Part shown: positions 41,804 to 54,617 of the stretch, piece after piece | Layout: every line of letters begins with the position of its first letter | Position numbering within the stretch: the stretch's first letter is position 1 | Source: an uncultured Gemmatimonadales bacterium | Lineage (GTDB): Bacteria > Gemmatimonadota > Gemmatimonadetes > Longimicrobiales > RSA9 | Length of the DNA: 64,000 nt | Direction of reading: 5' to 3' | Assembly: GCA_963816355.1 (NCBI GenBank) | Contig: CAWFKH010000003.1 | Location: 42,456 to 106,455 of the forward strand | Made by a program: the position numbers and the translations under genes | The notes under the pieces: generated by a model | The model's database searches: none | Told to the model about the DNA's origin: nothing | The model's input: the letters and a program-made list of their open reading frames with translations, nothing else

Positions 41804-41983
41804 ATGAATGCAGCCGCCATCGCCACCTTCGTCGTGATCGCGGGCGCCGTGTGGGGTGGCTTCCTCGTGATCCTCTTCGTCGCGGTGCGCAAGGAGCGCG
41901 AGAAGTCGCCGCCGGACGGTGGCGCAGTGTCGGCCGGCGCGTCGCGGCCGGAGACCGGATCCGCGGCGTCGCCGCCGGGCTGA
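41804..41983 (+). CDS. Small single-TM protein, MetS-like
   Basis: GAGGAG SD; [23 protein letters not shown]. Confidence 0.6.
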   Translation: MNAAAIATFVVIAGAVWGGFLVILFVAVRKEREKSPPDGGAVSAGASRPETGSAASPPG

Positions 41984-41999
41984 CCCACAGGGAGAGCGC

Positions 42000-45311
<3,312 letters not shown>

Positions 45312-45324
45312 AGGGCGCCCGACC

Positions 45325-46059
45325 CTACGGCATGGCGCCGGGGAAGGCGACCTTCGCGATCATGCCGGGCAGTGCGGCGATGACCCACACGATGGCGGCG
45401 GCGACGAAGGCGCGGCCGCGCGGGACCTTGCCGAGCACCGACAGGGCGATCGCCCAGATCACGGCCTGCCACAGGATGAAGAGGTCGAGGCGGCCGAGCA
45501 GCGGCACGAGGACCGGCGTGACGGAGTGGGTGTCGAGGAAGCGCACGACGCCGAACGACTGACTCTGGGGCACCTTCAGCGAGCCGTTGCGGTCGGCGAG
45601 GATCGTGGCGCCGGTGATCGCGAGCGCCTGCGGGATCGTGACGAAGCGTGCGAAGGTGGCCGCGAGCAGCCCTTCCTTGAACGAGATCGCGATGTCGAAG
45701 AGGCGGCCGACGATCGTGAGCACGGTCGCGAGCAGGACGACGGTCACGGCGGCGGCGATCGGCGCGACGATGCCGAGCACGAACCGCATCACGCCGCCCA
45801 TGCGCTCCATCGCGGCCGCCGTCTGCTCCGGATTCGGGCTGTTGGCCGCCGCCACGCGCATGACGGCGGCGGAGGCGGGCAGCGCGATGAAGTAGACGGC
45901 GAGCGTCGCGACGAGCAGCACGACGAACGGCTGCACCCAGTCGGCGCCGGTCCGTCGCGCGAACACCTTCGCCGGCGAGAAGAAGATGTCGATGTAGTCG
46001 TCGGCGCGACTGGCGGTCTCGGTCGGCTCGACCGTCGCTTGAGCGCTCTCGTCGCTCAT
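45325..46059 (-). CDS. Yip1-domain membrane protein
   Basis: IFFSPAKVF..W; about 5 TM helices; GGAGG SD. Confidence 0.75.
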   Translation of the reverse strand: MSDESAQATVEPTETASRADDYIDIFFSPAKVFARRTGADWVQPFVVLLVATLAVYFIALPASAAVMRVAAANSPNPEQTAAAMERMGGVMRFVLGIVAPIAAAVTVVLLATVLTIVGRLFDIAISFKEGLLAATFARFVTIPQALAITGATILADRNGSLKVPQSQSFGVVRFLDTHSVTPVLVPLLGRLDLFILWQAVIWAIALSVLGKVPRGRAFVAAAIVWVIAALPGMIAKVAFPGAMP

Positions 46060-46252
46060 CACCGTGCCTCCATTGCGGGGGGGGCCGGGCCCTGTTCCGG
46101 GCCGGGTCGTCCCAAGATAACGCCGGAGGATCGGCCGATCCACGATCCTCGTTCTCGCCGCGTCGGCGGCGCCGTCGCGCGCCGGGGGCCGACCCGCGCG
46201 AGCCCGTTCCCGCGCCCACGCGCGGGGCGCCGAATCCTGCGGTAGCCGACCC

Positions 46253-48082
46253 TCAGTACCCGCGCGGCTGGCCGTCGTGGCGCGGGTCCGCGACGCCGAT
46301 CCAGCCGGCGGCGCCGCGCGTCACGAGATAGATCCGGGCGAAGCCGTCCGCTCGCGGCGTCGGGTCGTAGCCGGTGACGCGGATGTCGCGCAGCACCGTG
46401 GGCGGAAAGCCGCGCTCGAGCTGCACCTTGCGGCTGTGAGGGGAAGGGAAGATGCGCGGCATGCGCACGGCGTCCAGCGGGTCCATCCCGTAGTCCAGCA
46501 CGTACACCATCACCTGGGCCAGGGCCGTGGGGATGCGCGCGCCGCCGGGGGCGCCGATCACCATCCGCACGCGGCCGCCGCGCACGACGATCGTGGGCGA
46601 GATCGTCGAGCGGCGCGTCCGCCACGCGGTGTTGGGCGGCAGCCGGATCGGGCCGGCCGTCCAGATGTAGCCGGAGTCGTTCAGAAAGAAGCCCCCCACC
46701 CACGCGCCGGAGCCGAACGCGTCGCTGTTCGTCTGCGTCAGCGCCACCGCGTTCCCCGCCGCGTCGACGACGGAGATGTGCGTCGTCTCGCCGCCCGGCG
46801 CCCCGCTCGTGTCCGGCGGCGCGGGCGCCGCGCCGTCCGCGGCGGCGGCGGCGGGCGGGTACGGGTCGTAGCGCGCGCATGCGCCGGGCGGCGGCGTGTC
46901 GTCGAAGCGCGCCGGCTCTCCCGCCTCGACCTCGGGCGGGGGCCGGCCGGTGCCCACGAGCGCGCGGCGCACGGAGGCGAACGCGCCGGAGGCGACGCCG
47001 CGCGCGGGCACCGGCGCCCAGCGCGGATCGTCGTCGACACCCGCGTCGGCCATGGCGACCCGGAGCGCGGACGCGAGCACGTCGAACGCGCGCGCGGAGC
47101 GGGTGGGCAGGCCGAGCTCGGGCAGGCGGAACGGCTCGAGCAGCTCGAGCGTCTCCAGAAGCTGCATCCCGGTCTGCGGCGGCGGCGCCGAGAGCACGGC
47201 GTAGTCGCGGTAGGTGGAGCAGAGCGGCCGCTTCCACTGCGGCATGTAGGCCGCGAAATCCTCCAGCGTGGTCGGGTTGCCGGCGTCGTTGAGCCGCTTC
47301 ACGATCGCCTGCGCCGTGGTGCCCGCGTAGAAGCCGGCGCGGCCGTTCTGTGCGACGAGCCGCAGCGTGCGCGCGAGCGCGTCGTTGCGGAAGACGGACC
47401 CCGGGGGCAGCGGCCGGCCGTTCGGCCACCAGCGCGCGGCGGCCTCGTCGAAGCGATGAAGGCGAACGGAGTCGGATGCGATGAGTGCGCCGAGCACCTG
47501 CCCGATGGGGTAGCCGGTCGCGGCCAGGCGGATCGCCGGGGCCATCACGCGCTCGAGCGGCAGTCGGCCGAAGCGCTCGTGCGCCGCGAGCAGGCCGGCC
47601 ACCTCGCCCGGCACGCCGACGATCCTCAGGTCCTGCGCGCCGGCGTACGGCCCCGTATGCCCCTGGAACGCCGCCGCCTGCTGCGCCGCGTAGAAGTCGA
47701 GGTAGTACGGCTTCCCCTCCTTGGCGACCCAGATCGTCATCGCGCCGCCGCCGCCGAGACCGGACATCTGCGGCTCGACCACGCCGATCGCGAACGCCGT
47801 CGCCACGGCCGCGTCGACCGCGTTTCCGCCCGCCTTCAGGATCTCGATCCCCGCTTCGCTCGCCAGCGCGTTCGCCGAGCTGACGACGCCGTGCTGCGCG
47901 ACGACGCGGCTGGCGGCGTCCGGAGGCGGCGCCGCCGTCGGCGCGGGCGGCGCGCCCGCGCAGCCGGCGGCGAGGAGGAGCGTGAAGGCGACGGATCGAG
48001 GCGGGCGGCGGCGCAAGCAGGCGCAGCGTCGATCGGCGTCCGGGTGAAGGCCGGAGGGGCGGAGGGCGTGGCGTCGGGTCAT
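46253..48082 (-). CDS. ggt: Gamma-glutamyltransferase
   Basis: GGNAVDAAVA, SGLGGG, ETTHISVVD (Thr nucleophile), GAPGG, ADPR; lipoprotein-like signal. Confidence 0.92.
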   Translation of the reverse strand: MTRRHALRPSGLHPDADRRCACLRRRPPRSVAFTLLLAAGCAGAPPAPTAAPPPDAASRVVAQHGVVSSANALASEAGIEILKAGGNAVDAAVATAFAIGVVEPQMSGLGGGGAMTIWVAKEGKPYYLDFYAAQQAAAFQGHTGPYAGAQDLRIVGVPGEVAGLLAAHERFGRLPLERVMAPAIRLAATGYPIGQVLGALIASDSVRLHRFDEAAARWWPNGRPLPPGSVFRNDALARTLRLVAQNGRAGFYAGTTAQAIVKRLNDAGNPTTLEDFAAYMPQWKRPLCSTYRDYAVLSAPPPQTGMQLLETLELLEPFRLPELGLPTRSARAFDVLASALRVAMADAGVDDDPRWAPVPARGVASGAFASVRRALVGTGRPPPEVEAGEPARFDDTPPPGACARYDPYPPAAAAADGAAPAPPDTSGAPGGETTHISVVDAAGNAVALTQTNSDAFGSGAWVGGFFLNDSGYIWTAGPIRLPPNTAWRTRRSTISPTIVVRGGRVRMVIGAPGGARIPTALAQVMVYVLDYGMDPLDAVRMPRIFPSPHSRKVQLERGFPPTVLRDIRVTGYDPTPRADGFARIYLVTRGAAGWIGVADPRHDGQPRGY

Positions 48083-48241
48083 GGCGGTTCGCGGCTCGGG
48101 TCGAGGCGAAGTTGCGTCGGGGCAGGCGTCGCCGGCAAGGCGCGCGTACGTCTGGCGGACCCGGCCGCGCCTCGCTACGCTGGTTCGGAGCGGATCCTCA
48201 TGGATCCTTCGTTCGCAGCCGACGGCCGGACCGGAGACGAC

Positions 48242-48796
48242 GTGAAGCGCACAATCGTGCTCGACAGCCTTCTCGGCGCCGCGGCGCTCGGCGTCTCGGC
48301 TGGGTTGCGCACGTTTTCGGCGCCCGCGCTGATCGCCGACCACCTGCGCCGCCACCCGCGCTCGCGGGCGCGCGGCGCCGAGCGGCTGCTCCAGGCGAGC
48401 GCCGCGGCGCCGGTGCTCGGCACGTTGCTCCTCGCCGAAGTCGTCGCCGACAAGCTGCCCGGCATGCCGGACCGCATCGCGCCCGCCGGCCTGATCGGCC
48501 GCGCGGCCTCCGGCGCGCTCGCCGGCGCCGCCCTCGCGGGACGGCGCGCGGGCCGCGCCGGCCGCGCCGGCCGCGCCGTTCGCACCGCCCTTGGCGCGGC
48601 CGGAGCGCCCGCGAACGGGCTCGTCGCGCTCGCGGCGCTGGTCGGGGCGGGCGCGGCCGTCGCCAGCGCGTACGCCGGCTTCCACCTGCGGCGCGCCGCC
48701 GTGCGCAGGCTCGGCCTGCCCGATACCGCGGTCGCGCTCGCGGAGGACGGGGTGATGCGGCTCGCCGGCGCCGTCGGCGTTGACCGCGCGCGTTGA
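48242..48796 (+). CDS. DUF4126-like membrane protein
   Basis: AGLRTFSAP, EVVADKLP..PDR, ALAED; alternative ATG 48200. Confidence 0.7.
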   Translation: MKRTIVLDSLLGAAALGVSAGLRTFSAPALIADHLRRHPRSRARGAERLLQASAAAPVLGTLLLAEVVADKLPGMPDRIAPAGLIGRAASGALAGAALAGRRAGRAGRAGRAVRTALGAAGAPANGLVALAALVGAGAAVASAYAGFHLRRAAVRRLGLPDTAVALAEDGVMRLAGAVGVDRAR

Positions 48797-48820
48797 GTGC
48801 ACCGGAACCCGGAGAAGGCG

Positions 48821-49378
48821 ATGGAAGACAGCGATCGCGTGATCGAGCAGGCGGCCGCGCAGAAGATCGAGGCCGCGTCGCTGCTGGAAGGCATGTCCGA
48901 CTCCCTCTACCGGTGGCGGCCGGAGCCGCAGAAGTGGTCGGCAGGGGAGCACGTCGTCCATCTCACGCTCAGCGTGCTGCCGTATCTCGAGCCGCTCGAC
49001 CGCGCGATCGAAGACGCGGGCGCTGCGGCGGGCGCGGGCGGCCGCCGCTCGCCGCGCGAGCCGTGGACGGGCGCCTTCCTGCTGCGCAACATGGAGCCGC
49101 CGCCGCGCCGTCGCTTCCGCACCTTCAAGCGACTGCTGCCGCTCGACGTGCCGCCGCGCGAGCAGGCGCTCGCCGAATTTGGCGCCGCCCTGGACGACTT
49201 CGCGCAGCGAGCCGAGCGGGCCCGGCAGATCGACCCGCGGCGCGCGCGCCTCCGCTCCCCGTTCGTGCCGCTGATCGCGCTCAGCGCGCGGCAAGCGTTC
49301 GACGTCGTGCTCGCCCACGACCGGCGGCACTTCTGGCACATCCGTCAGATCCTGGAGCGGCCCGGCCGCCCCGCGTGA
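48821..49378 (+). CDS. DinB family protein
   Basis: WSAGEHVVHL ... AHDRRH. Confidence 0.85.
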   Translation: MEDSDRVIEQAAAQKIEAASLLEGMSDSLYRWRPEPQKWSAGEHVVHLTLSVLPYLEPLDRAIEDAGAAAGAGGRRSPREPWTGAFLLRNMEPPPRRRFRTFKRLLPLDVPPREQALAEFGAALDDFAQRAERARQIDPRRARLRSPFVPLIALSARQAFDVVLAHDRRHFWHIRQILERPGRPA

Positions 49379-49401
49379 CCCACCCGAGCCGCAGGCCAGC
49401 C

Positions 49402-50646
49402 ATGGACCGCCGCGCCTTCATCGCCGCCGCCGGCGCCGCCGCCGCCGGCGCGACGCTGCCCGTCCCCGCCCGCGCCGAAGAGCTGCACCCGGCGATCGCC
49501 CGCCTGCAGACGCGCGCGGCGCCGCCGCCGATCTCGGAAGCGGAGCGCGCGCAGCGACGAGCGGCGCTGCAGCGGCTGATGGAGGCGAGCGGCGTCGCCG
49601 CCGTCTTCCTCGAGCCCGGTGCCTCGCTGGAGTACTTCGGCTCGATTCCCTGGAGCCGCAGCGAGCGCGTGTTCGGCCTGCTCGTGCCGCGTCGCGGCGA
49701 CGCCGTCGTCGTCTCGCCGGCGTTCGAGAAGCAGCGCGCGGAGCGGCAGGTCCGCGGCCGCTTCCAGATCTTCACCTGGCAGGAGGACGAGAGTCCGTAC
49801 GAGTTGATCGCGCGCAAGACGCGCGAGCTGGGCGGCGCGAGCGGCACGATCGCCGTCGACGACAGCGCCCGCGTCTTCGTCGCCCACGGCATCCGCGCCG
49901 CCGGCGCGCCGGGCCTCGTGGCTGGCGACGCGGCCGAGATCCTGCACCGGTCGCGCGGCGTGAAGAGCGCGCACGAGATCGCGATCATGCGCTTCGCCAA
50001 CCGCATCACGCTGGAAGCCTACGCCGCCGCCTTCCGCACGATGCGCGCGGGCATGACGCAGCGCGACCTCGCGCTCAACGTGAGCGCGGCGATGCAGAAG
50101 CTCGGCTACGAAGGCTACGCGCTCGTGCTGTTCGGCGAGTCGTCGGCGTACCCGCACGGAGCGGAGAATCCGGCGCCGCTGAAGGAGGGCGACGTCGTCC
50201 TGGTCGACGGCGGCCTGAGCGTCCACGGCTACGAGTCGGACGACACGCGCACCGTCACCTTCGGCCGCCCCTCGGCGGAGGCGCAGCGCGTATTCGACGT
50301 CGTGCAGGGCGCGCAGCGGGCGGCGCTCGCGGCCGCGAAGCCGGGGCGGCCGTGCGGCGCCGTCGACGACGCCGCGCGCGACTTCATCACCCGCGCCGGC
50401 TACGGGCCGGACTACCGCCTCTTCACGCACCGCCTCGGCCACGGAATCGGCCTCGAGGGCCACGAATGGCCCTACCTCGTGCGCGGCAGCGACATCGAGC
50501 TGCGGCCCGGCATGACCTTCAGCGACGAGCCCGGCATCTACCAGTACGGCAAGTTCGGCGTCCGCCTCGAAGACATCATCGCCATCACCGGCGACGGCGC
50601 CGAGATGCTCACGGAGCCCGCCACGCGCCTCGCCTTCGAAGGCTGA
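49402..50646 (+). CDS. Tat-exported M24 Xaa-Pro peptidase
   Basis: MDRRAFI twin-arginine signal; DGG, SDDTRT, HRLGHGIGLEGHE, EPGIY, RLED. Confidence 0.92.
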   Translation: MDRRAFIAAAGAAAAGATLPVPARAEELHPAIARLQTRAAPPPISEAERAQRRAALQRLMEASGVAAVFLEPGASLEYFGSIPWSRSERVFGLLVPRRGDAVVVSPAFEKQRAERQVRGRFQIFTWQEDESPYELIARKTRELGGASGTIAVDDSARVFVAHGIRAAGAPGLVAGDAAEILHRSRGVKSAHEIAIMRFANRITLEAYAAAFRTMRAGMTQRDLALNVSAAMQKLGYEGYALVLFGESSAYPHGAENPAPLKEGDVVLVDGGLSVHGYESDDTRTVTFGRPSAEAQRVFDVVQGAQRAALAAAKPGRPCGAVDDAARDFITRAGYGPDYRLFTHRLGHGIGLEGHEWPYLVRGSDIELRPGMTFSDEPGIYQYGKFGVRLEDIIAITGDGAEMLTEPATRLAFEG

Positions 50647-50688
50647 GCGGCGATGGTCCGCGCCACCCCTTCCCATCGCTGAGCGGCG

Positions 50689-51684
50689 ATGCCCAGCGCC
50701 ACCGTCTTCGTCGGCCATCCGGACTGCGCGCGCCACGACACCGGCTGGGGCCACCCCGAACACCAGGGGCGGCTGCCGGCGCTGGTCCGCGCGATCGAGC
50801 GCGACACGCCCGCGCTGATCGAGCACGTCTCCCAGCGCGAGGCGCATCCCGCCGGCGAGCGGGACCTGCTGCGCGCCCACACACCGTCGCACCTCCAGCG
50901 CGTGCGCGGCGCCGTCGCGCGCGCGAGCCGCAGCGGCCGCCCCGTGCGGCTCGACATGGACACCGTCGTCTCTGCCGCGTCCTGGGACGCCGCCTGCGCC
51001 GCCGCCGGCTGCGTCCTGACCGCCGCTTCCCTCGTCCTCGACGGCGCCGTCCGCACCGGCTTCGCCGCGTGCCGTCCGCCCGGCCACCACGCGACCGCCG
51101 ACCGGCCGATGGGATTCTGCCTCTTCAACAACGTAGCCGTCACCGCGCGCATGCTCCGCGAGCGCGGCGTCGACCGCGTGCTGATCGTCGACTGGGACGT
51201 GCACCACGGCAACGGCACGCAGGAGATCTTCTACGACGACGGCTCCGTCTTCTACCTCTCCACGCACCTCACGCCGCACTACCCCGGTACCGGCCGCGCC
51301 GCCGAGCGCGGCAGCGGCCCGGGCGTCGGCACCACCCGCAACGTCCCGCTCGCCGCCGGCACCGGCGCCGACATCTATTTCGACTGCCTCGAAGAAGCCC
51401 TCGAGGAGGCCGCCGGCTTCCGCCCCGACTTCGTCCTCGCCTCCGCCGGATTCGACTGCCTCGCCGGCGACCCGCTCGGCGGCATGCTCCTCGAGCCGGC
51501 CGACCTCCACCGCCTGACCCGCCGGCTCGTCGCGCTCGCCGACGACCACGCCGAAGGCCGCCTCGTCGTCGCGCTCGAGGGCGGCTACGCGCCCGCGCGC
51601 CTCGGCGCCGGTGCCGTCGACGTGCTGCGCGCGCTGGCCGACCTGCCGCCCGCGCACGGCGACGCGGCGCATGGCGCCGGCTGA
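50689..51684 (+). CDS. Histone deacetylase family (class II-like) amidohydrolase
   Basis: HPE, RPPGHHA, GFCLFNN, DWDVHHGNGT, SAGFD, LEGGY. Confidence 0.95.
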   Translation: MPSATVFVGHPDCARHDTGWGHPEHQGRLPALVRAIERDTPALIEHVSQREAHPAGERDLLRAHTPSHLQRVRGAVARASRSGRPVRLDMDTVVSAASWDAACAAAGCVLTAASLVLDGAVRTGFAACRPPGHHATADRPMGFCLFNNVAVTARMLRERGVDRVLIVDWDVHHGNGTQEIFYDDGSVFYLSTHLTPHYPGTGRAAERGSGPGVGTTRNVPLAAGTGADIYFDCLEEALEEAAGFRPDFVLASAGFDCLAGDPLGGMLLEPADLHRLTRRLVALADDHAEGRLVVALEGGYAPARLGAGAVDVLRALADLPPAHGDAAHGAG

Positions 51685-51697
51685 GGCGGGCGCGCTT

Positions 51698-51736
51698 CGA
51701 TCCCGCACCCCGATCCCGCACCCCGACCCCGCACCC
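51698..51736. repeat. 3x 13-bp tandem repeat CGA(T/C)CCCGCACCC
   Basis: Units start at 51698, 51711, 51724. Confidence 0.85.
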
Positions 51737-51786
51737 GGTCCCGCCGTCCATTGACCGCCGCTTCGACCTCCGTCTACATTCTTCCG

Positions 51787-52767
51787 ATGCCTTTCGACGA
51801 GGGGTCCGGCTCCGGCGTTCCCGGGGGCCGCGGCTCCGGCGACAACGATCCACAGGCCGACTCCGCCGCGGGGGGCGCGGCCGACGCCGCGACGCTGCTC
51901 GAGGCGGGTCCCACCGTGCTGGGACTGGCACGCCTCAGCCGCCGTGCCGGCCTCGTGCCCGCCGAGGAGGAGGTGTACCGCCGCATCGCGCAGCTCGTAG
52001 ATATCGGCGAAGACGACGAGTTCCTCGTGGCGCCGTGCGGCCGCGGCCTCGCCGCCGAGTTCCTCGCCGGCGCGACGGGCGCCGCGGGCTCCGGCGCCGA
52101 CCCCGATTCCGCGCTCGTCGCCGCCGCGACCGAGCGCGTGCAGCAGCGCGGCCTCGCCGTGCGGCTCCACTTCGACCCCGGGCCGCTCACCGATCTTCCC
52201 TACAAGGACGACATCTTCGACCTCGTCATCGGCGACGTCGGCCTGGCCGCCTCGCGCGAGCCTGCGGCGGCCGTCGCGGAGCTGGCGCGCGTCGCGAAGC
52301 CGCTCGGCGCCGTCGTGCTCGTGCAACCGGTGTGGAACCGCGCGGTGGACGAGATCCGCCGCGACGTCCTCGTCGAACACCTCGGGGCGCGCCCGCAGCT
52401 GCTGGTCGAGTGGAAGCAGATGCTGCGCGATGCGGGCGTCGTCGACCTCTTCGTCGAGGACCTCGTCGACGCGGCGAATCCGTGGCGGTCCCTGCTCGGC
52501 GGCGGCGCCGCCCTCGACTTTCCCACGCTGCGCGAGCGGCTCCATCTTCTCTACAGCGCCTGGCGCCAGTGGGGCTGGTACGGTCTCGGCCAGGCGGTCG
52601 CGGGCGGACAGGAGCTGCGCCGCCTGATCATGCGGGAGCGCATCCTCGGCCTCGCGCTGATCAAGGGCACGAAGTGGCGCGAGCAGCCGGCCGGCGACGG
52701 CCGAGGGCCCCACGACCCCGCCGAAGCACCCGGCGAAGCGCGGGCCGGCGAAGCGCCGGAGAACTGA
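51787..52767 (+). CDS. Class I SAM-dependent methyltransferase-like protein (probably leaderless)
   Basis: Divergent motif I FLVAPCGRG; LPYKDDIFDLVI; ELARVAKPLG; TTGACC-N18-TACATT-N6-ATG. Confidence 0.75.
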   Translation: MPFDEGSGSGVPGGRGSGDNDPQADSAAGGAADAATLLEAGPTVLGLARLSRRAGLVPAEEEVYRRIAQLVDIGEDDEFLVAPCGRGLAAEFLAGATGAAGSGADPDSALVAAATERVQQRGLAVRLHFDPGPLTDLPYKDDIFDLVIGDVGLAASREPAAAVAELARVAKPLGAVVLVQPVWNRAVDEIRRDVLVEHLGARPQLLVEWKQMLRDAGVVDLFVEDLVDAANPWRSLLGGGAALDFPTLRERLHLLYSAWRQWGWYGLGQAVAGGQELRRLIMRERILGLALIKGTKWREQPAGDGRGPHDPAEAPGEARAGEAPEN

Positions 52768-52783
52768 ACGGACGGAGGCGACG

Positions 52784-54001
52784 TTGGCGAGTGGAGCGTT
52801 GGTAAGGCCCGATTTCGCGCGGCTGCGGGAGCGGCTGCCGTCGATCCAGGAAGCGCTGCGGGAGCACGGGCTGGACGGCTGGTTGCTCTACGACCTGCAC
52901 GCGCGCAACCCGGTTTCCTCCGGACTGCTCGGCCTGGGCGAGCTGACGCGCCGCTGGTTCGTCCTGCTCCCCGCCGAGGGCGAGCCGACGGCCCTCACGC
53001 ACGGCATCGAGCAGGGACCGTGGGAGCTGTGGCCGTGGCGCAGCGAGCGCTATGTCGGCTGGAGCGAGCTGGACGACCGCCTTCGTCGCCTCCTCGCCGG
53101 CCGGCCCCGCCTCGCCATGGAGGCGGTCGACCGCGACGCCGTGCCCGCCATCGACTTCGTCCCCTGGGGCGTCGTCGAGCTGATCCGTGCCGCCGGCGCC
53201 GACGTCTTCCCGTCCGGCGAGTTGATCTCGCTCTTCTACTCGCGCTGGAGTGCCGAGCAGCTCGCCTCGCACCGCCGCGCCGCCCGCGCCCTCGCCGACG
53301 TCGCGCGCGCCGCGTTCGACCACCTCGCCGCGCGCGTCCGCTCCGAGGGCGAGGCGCGCGAGGGCGCGATGCGAGGCTGGGTGATCGACGCGCTCGCGGA
53401 GCGCGGCGTGCGCGTCGGCGCCGACTGCATCTTCGCCTCCGGCCGCAACGCCGCCAACCCGCACTACGGCATCGAAGGCGAGGGCGGTCCGCTGGTGAAG
53501 GGCGACGTCGTGCTGCTCGACCTGTGGGGGAAGGAGGCGGACGAGATGGTGTTCGCGGACCAGACGTGGATGGCGGTCCTCGCCCCCGCGCCCGACGAGC
53601 GCGTGCGCATCCTGTGGGAAGCGGTGCGCGACGCCCGCGATGCGGGCATCCGCCTGGTCCGCGAGCGCTGGGACGCGGGTCGGGACGTCCAGGGCTACGA
53701 GGTCGACGACGTCGTCCGCGGCGTCATCCGCGAGCGCGGCCACGGCGACGCGTTCATCCATCGTACCGGCCACTCGATCGACCGCGACATCCACGGCTCG
53801 GGGCCGAACATCGACAACCTGGAGACGCACGAGGTGCGGCGCCTCGTGCCCGGCGTCGGTTTCTCGATCGAGCCCGGCATCTACCTCGCCGGCGACGTCG
53901 GCCTGCGCTCCGAGGTCGACGTCTACATCGGCGACGCCGGTCCCGAGGTCACCACGCCGGATCCGCAGGACGAGATCTTCCCCCTGCTCGGCGCGGAGTG
54001 A
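52784..54001 (+). CDS. M24 family aminopeptidase P-like peptidase
   Basis: ANPHY, LLDLW, ADQTW, HRTGHSID, EPGIY, RSE. Confidence 0.9.
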   Translation: MASGALVRPDFARLRERLPSIQEALREHGLDGWLLYDLHARNPVSSGLLGLGELTRRWFVLLPAEGEPTALTHGIEQGPWELWPWRSERYVGWSELDDRLRRLLAGRPRLAMEAVDRDAVPAIDFVPWGVVELIRAAGADVFPSGELISLFYSRWSAEQLASHRRAARALADVARAAFDHLAARVRSEGEAREGAMRGWVIDALAERGVRVGADCIFASGRNAANPHYGIEGEGGPLVKGDVVLLDLWGKEADEMVFADQTWMAVLAPAPDERVRILWEAVRDARDAGIRLVRERWDAGRDVQGYEVDDVVRGVIRERGHGDAFIHRTGHSIDRDIHGSGPNIDNLETHEVRRLVPGVGFSIEPGIYLAGDVGLRSEVDVYIGDAGPEVTTPDPQDEIFPLLGAE

Positions 54002-54005
54002 GGCG

Positions 54006-54617
54006 GTGGGCGAGGCGGCCGAGGGCGGCTTCTACCTCTACGGCATCACCCGCGCGGGCGGCTGGCGGCGCCCCGCCGGCGACGGCGCCGACACGGTGGT
54101 GAAGATCCGCTACCGCGACCTCGAGGCGCTCGTGTGTCCGGCGCCCTTCTCCATGCCGCCGCTGGATCCGGCGCGCGTGCGCGAGCACCAGCGCATCGTG
54201 GAAGCGTCGATGCGCCGCACCAGCGTGCTGCCCGCGCCGTACGGCATCGTGTTCGGCGGACGACGCGCGGTGCTCTCCTTCCTCGAGGAGCAGTACCTCG
54301 TCCTGGACGAAGGGCTCTCCTTCGTTCACGGTCACTGGGAGCTGCGGCTTCACCTCTCGCTCGCGCACGGCGAGGCGTCGCCCGAGCTGCACGACTTCGC
54401 CGCCCACGTCTACTCGGAGCTGCGCCGCCTCGCCCACGCGGCGCTGCCGCTGCCGCAGACGGAAGGCCGCCTCTTCGGCGCCGCCTTCCTCGTCGAGCGC
54501 GACGCGTGGATCGCCTTCGTCGAGCGCGCCGACGACATCGTCGGCAAGCACGACGAGATCGTCTTCGACGTCACCGGGCCGTGGCCGCCCTACGACTTCG
54601 TGCGCATCACGATCTGA
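54006..54617 (+). CDS. GvpL/GvpF family protein (orphan)
   Basis: YLYGI, HQRIVE, VLPAPYGIVF, AFLV, TGPWPPYDF. Confidence 0.85.
   Translation: MGEAAEGGFYLYGITRAGGWRRPAGDGADTVVKIRYRDLEALVCPAPFSMPPLDPARVREHQRIVEASMRRTSVLPAPYGIVFGGRRAVLSFLEEQYLVLDEGLSFVHGHWELRLHLSLAHGEASPELHDFAAHVYSELRRLAHAALPLPQTEGRLFGAAFLVERDAWIAFVERADDIVGKHDEIVFDVTGPWPPYDFVRITI

Noticed and set aside
54006-54617. Gas vesicle gene cluster
   Set aside because: Only one gvpF/L-like gene; no structural gvpA in the window
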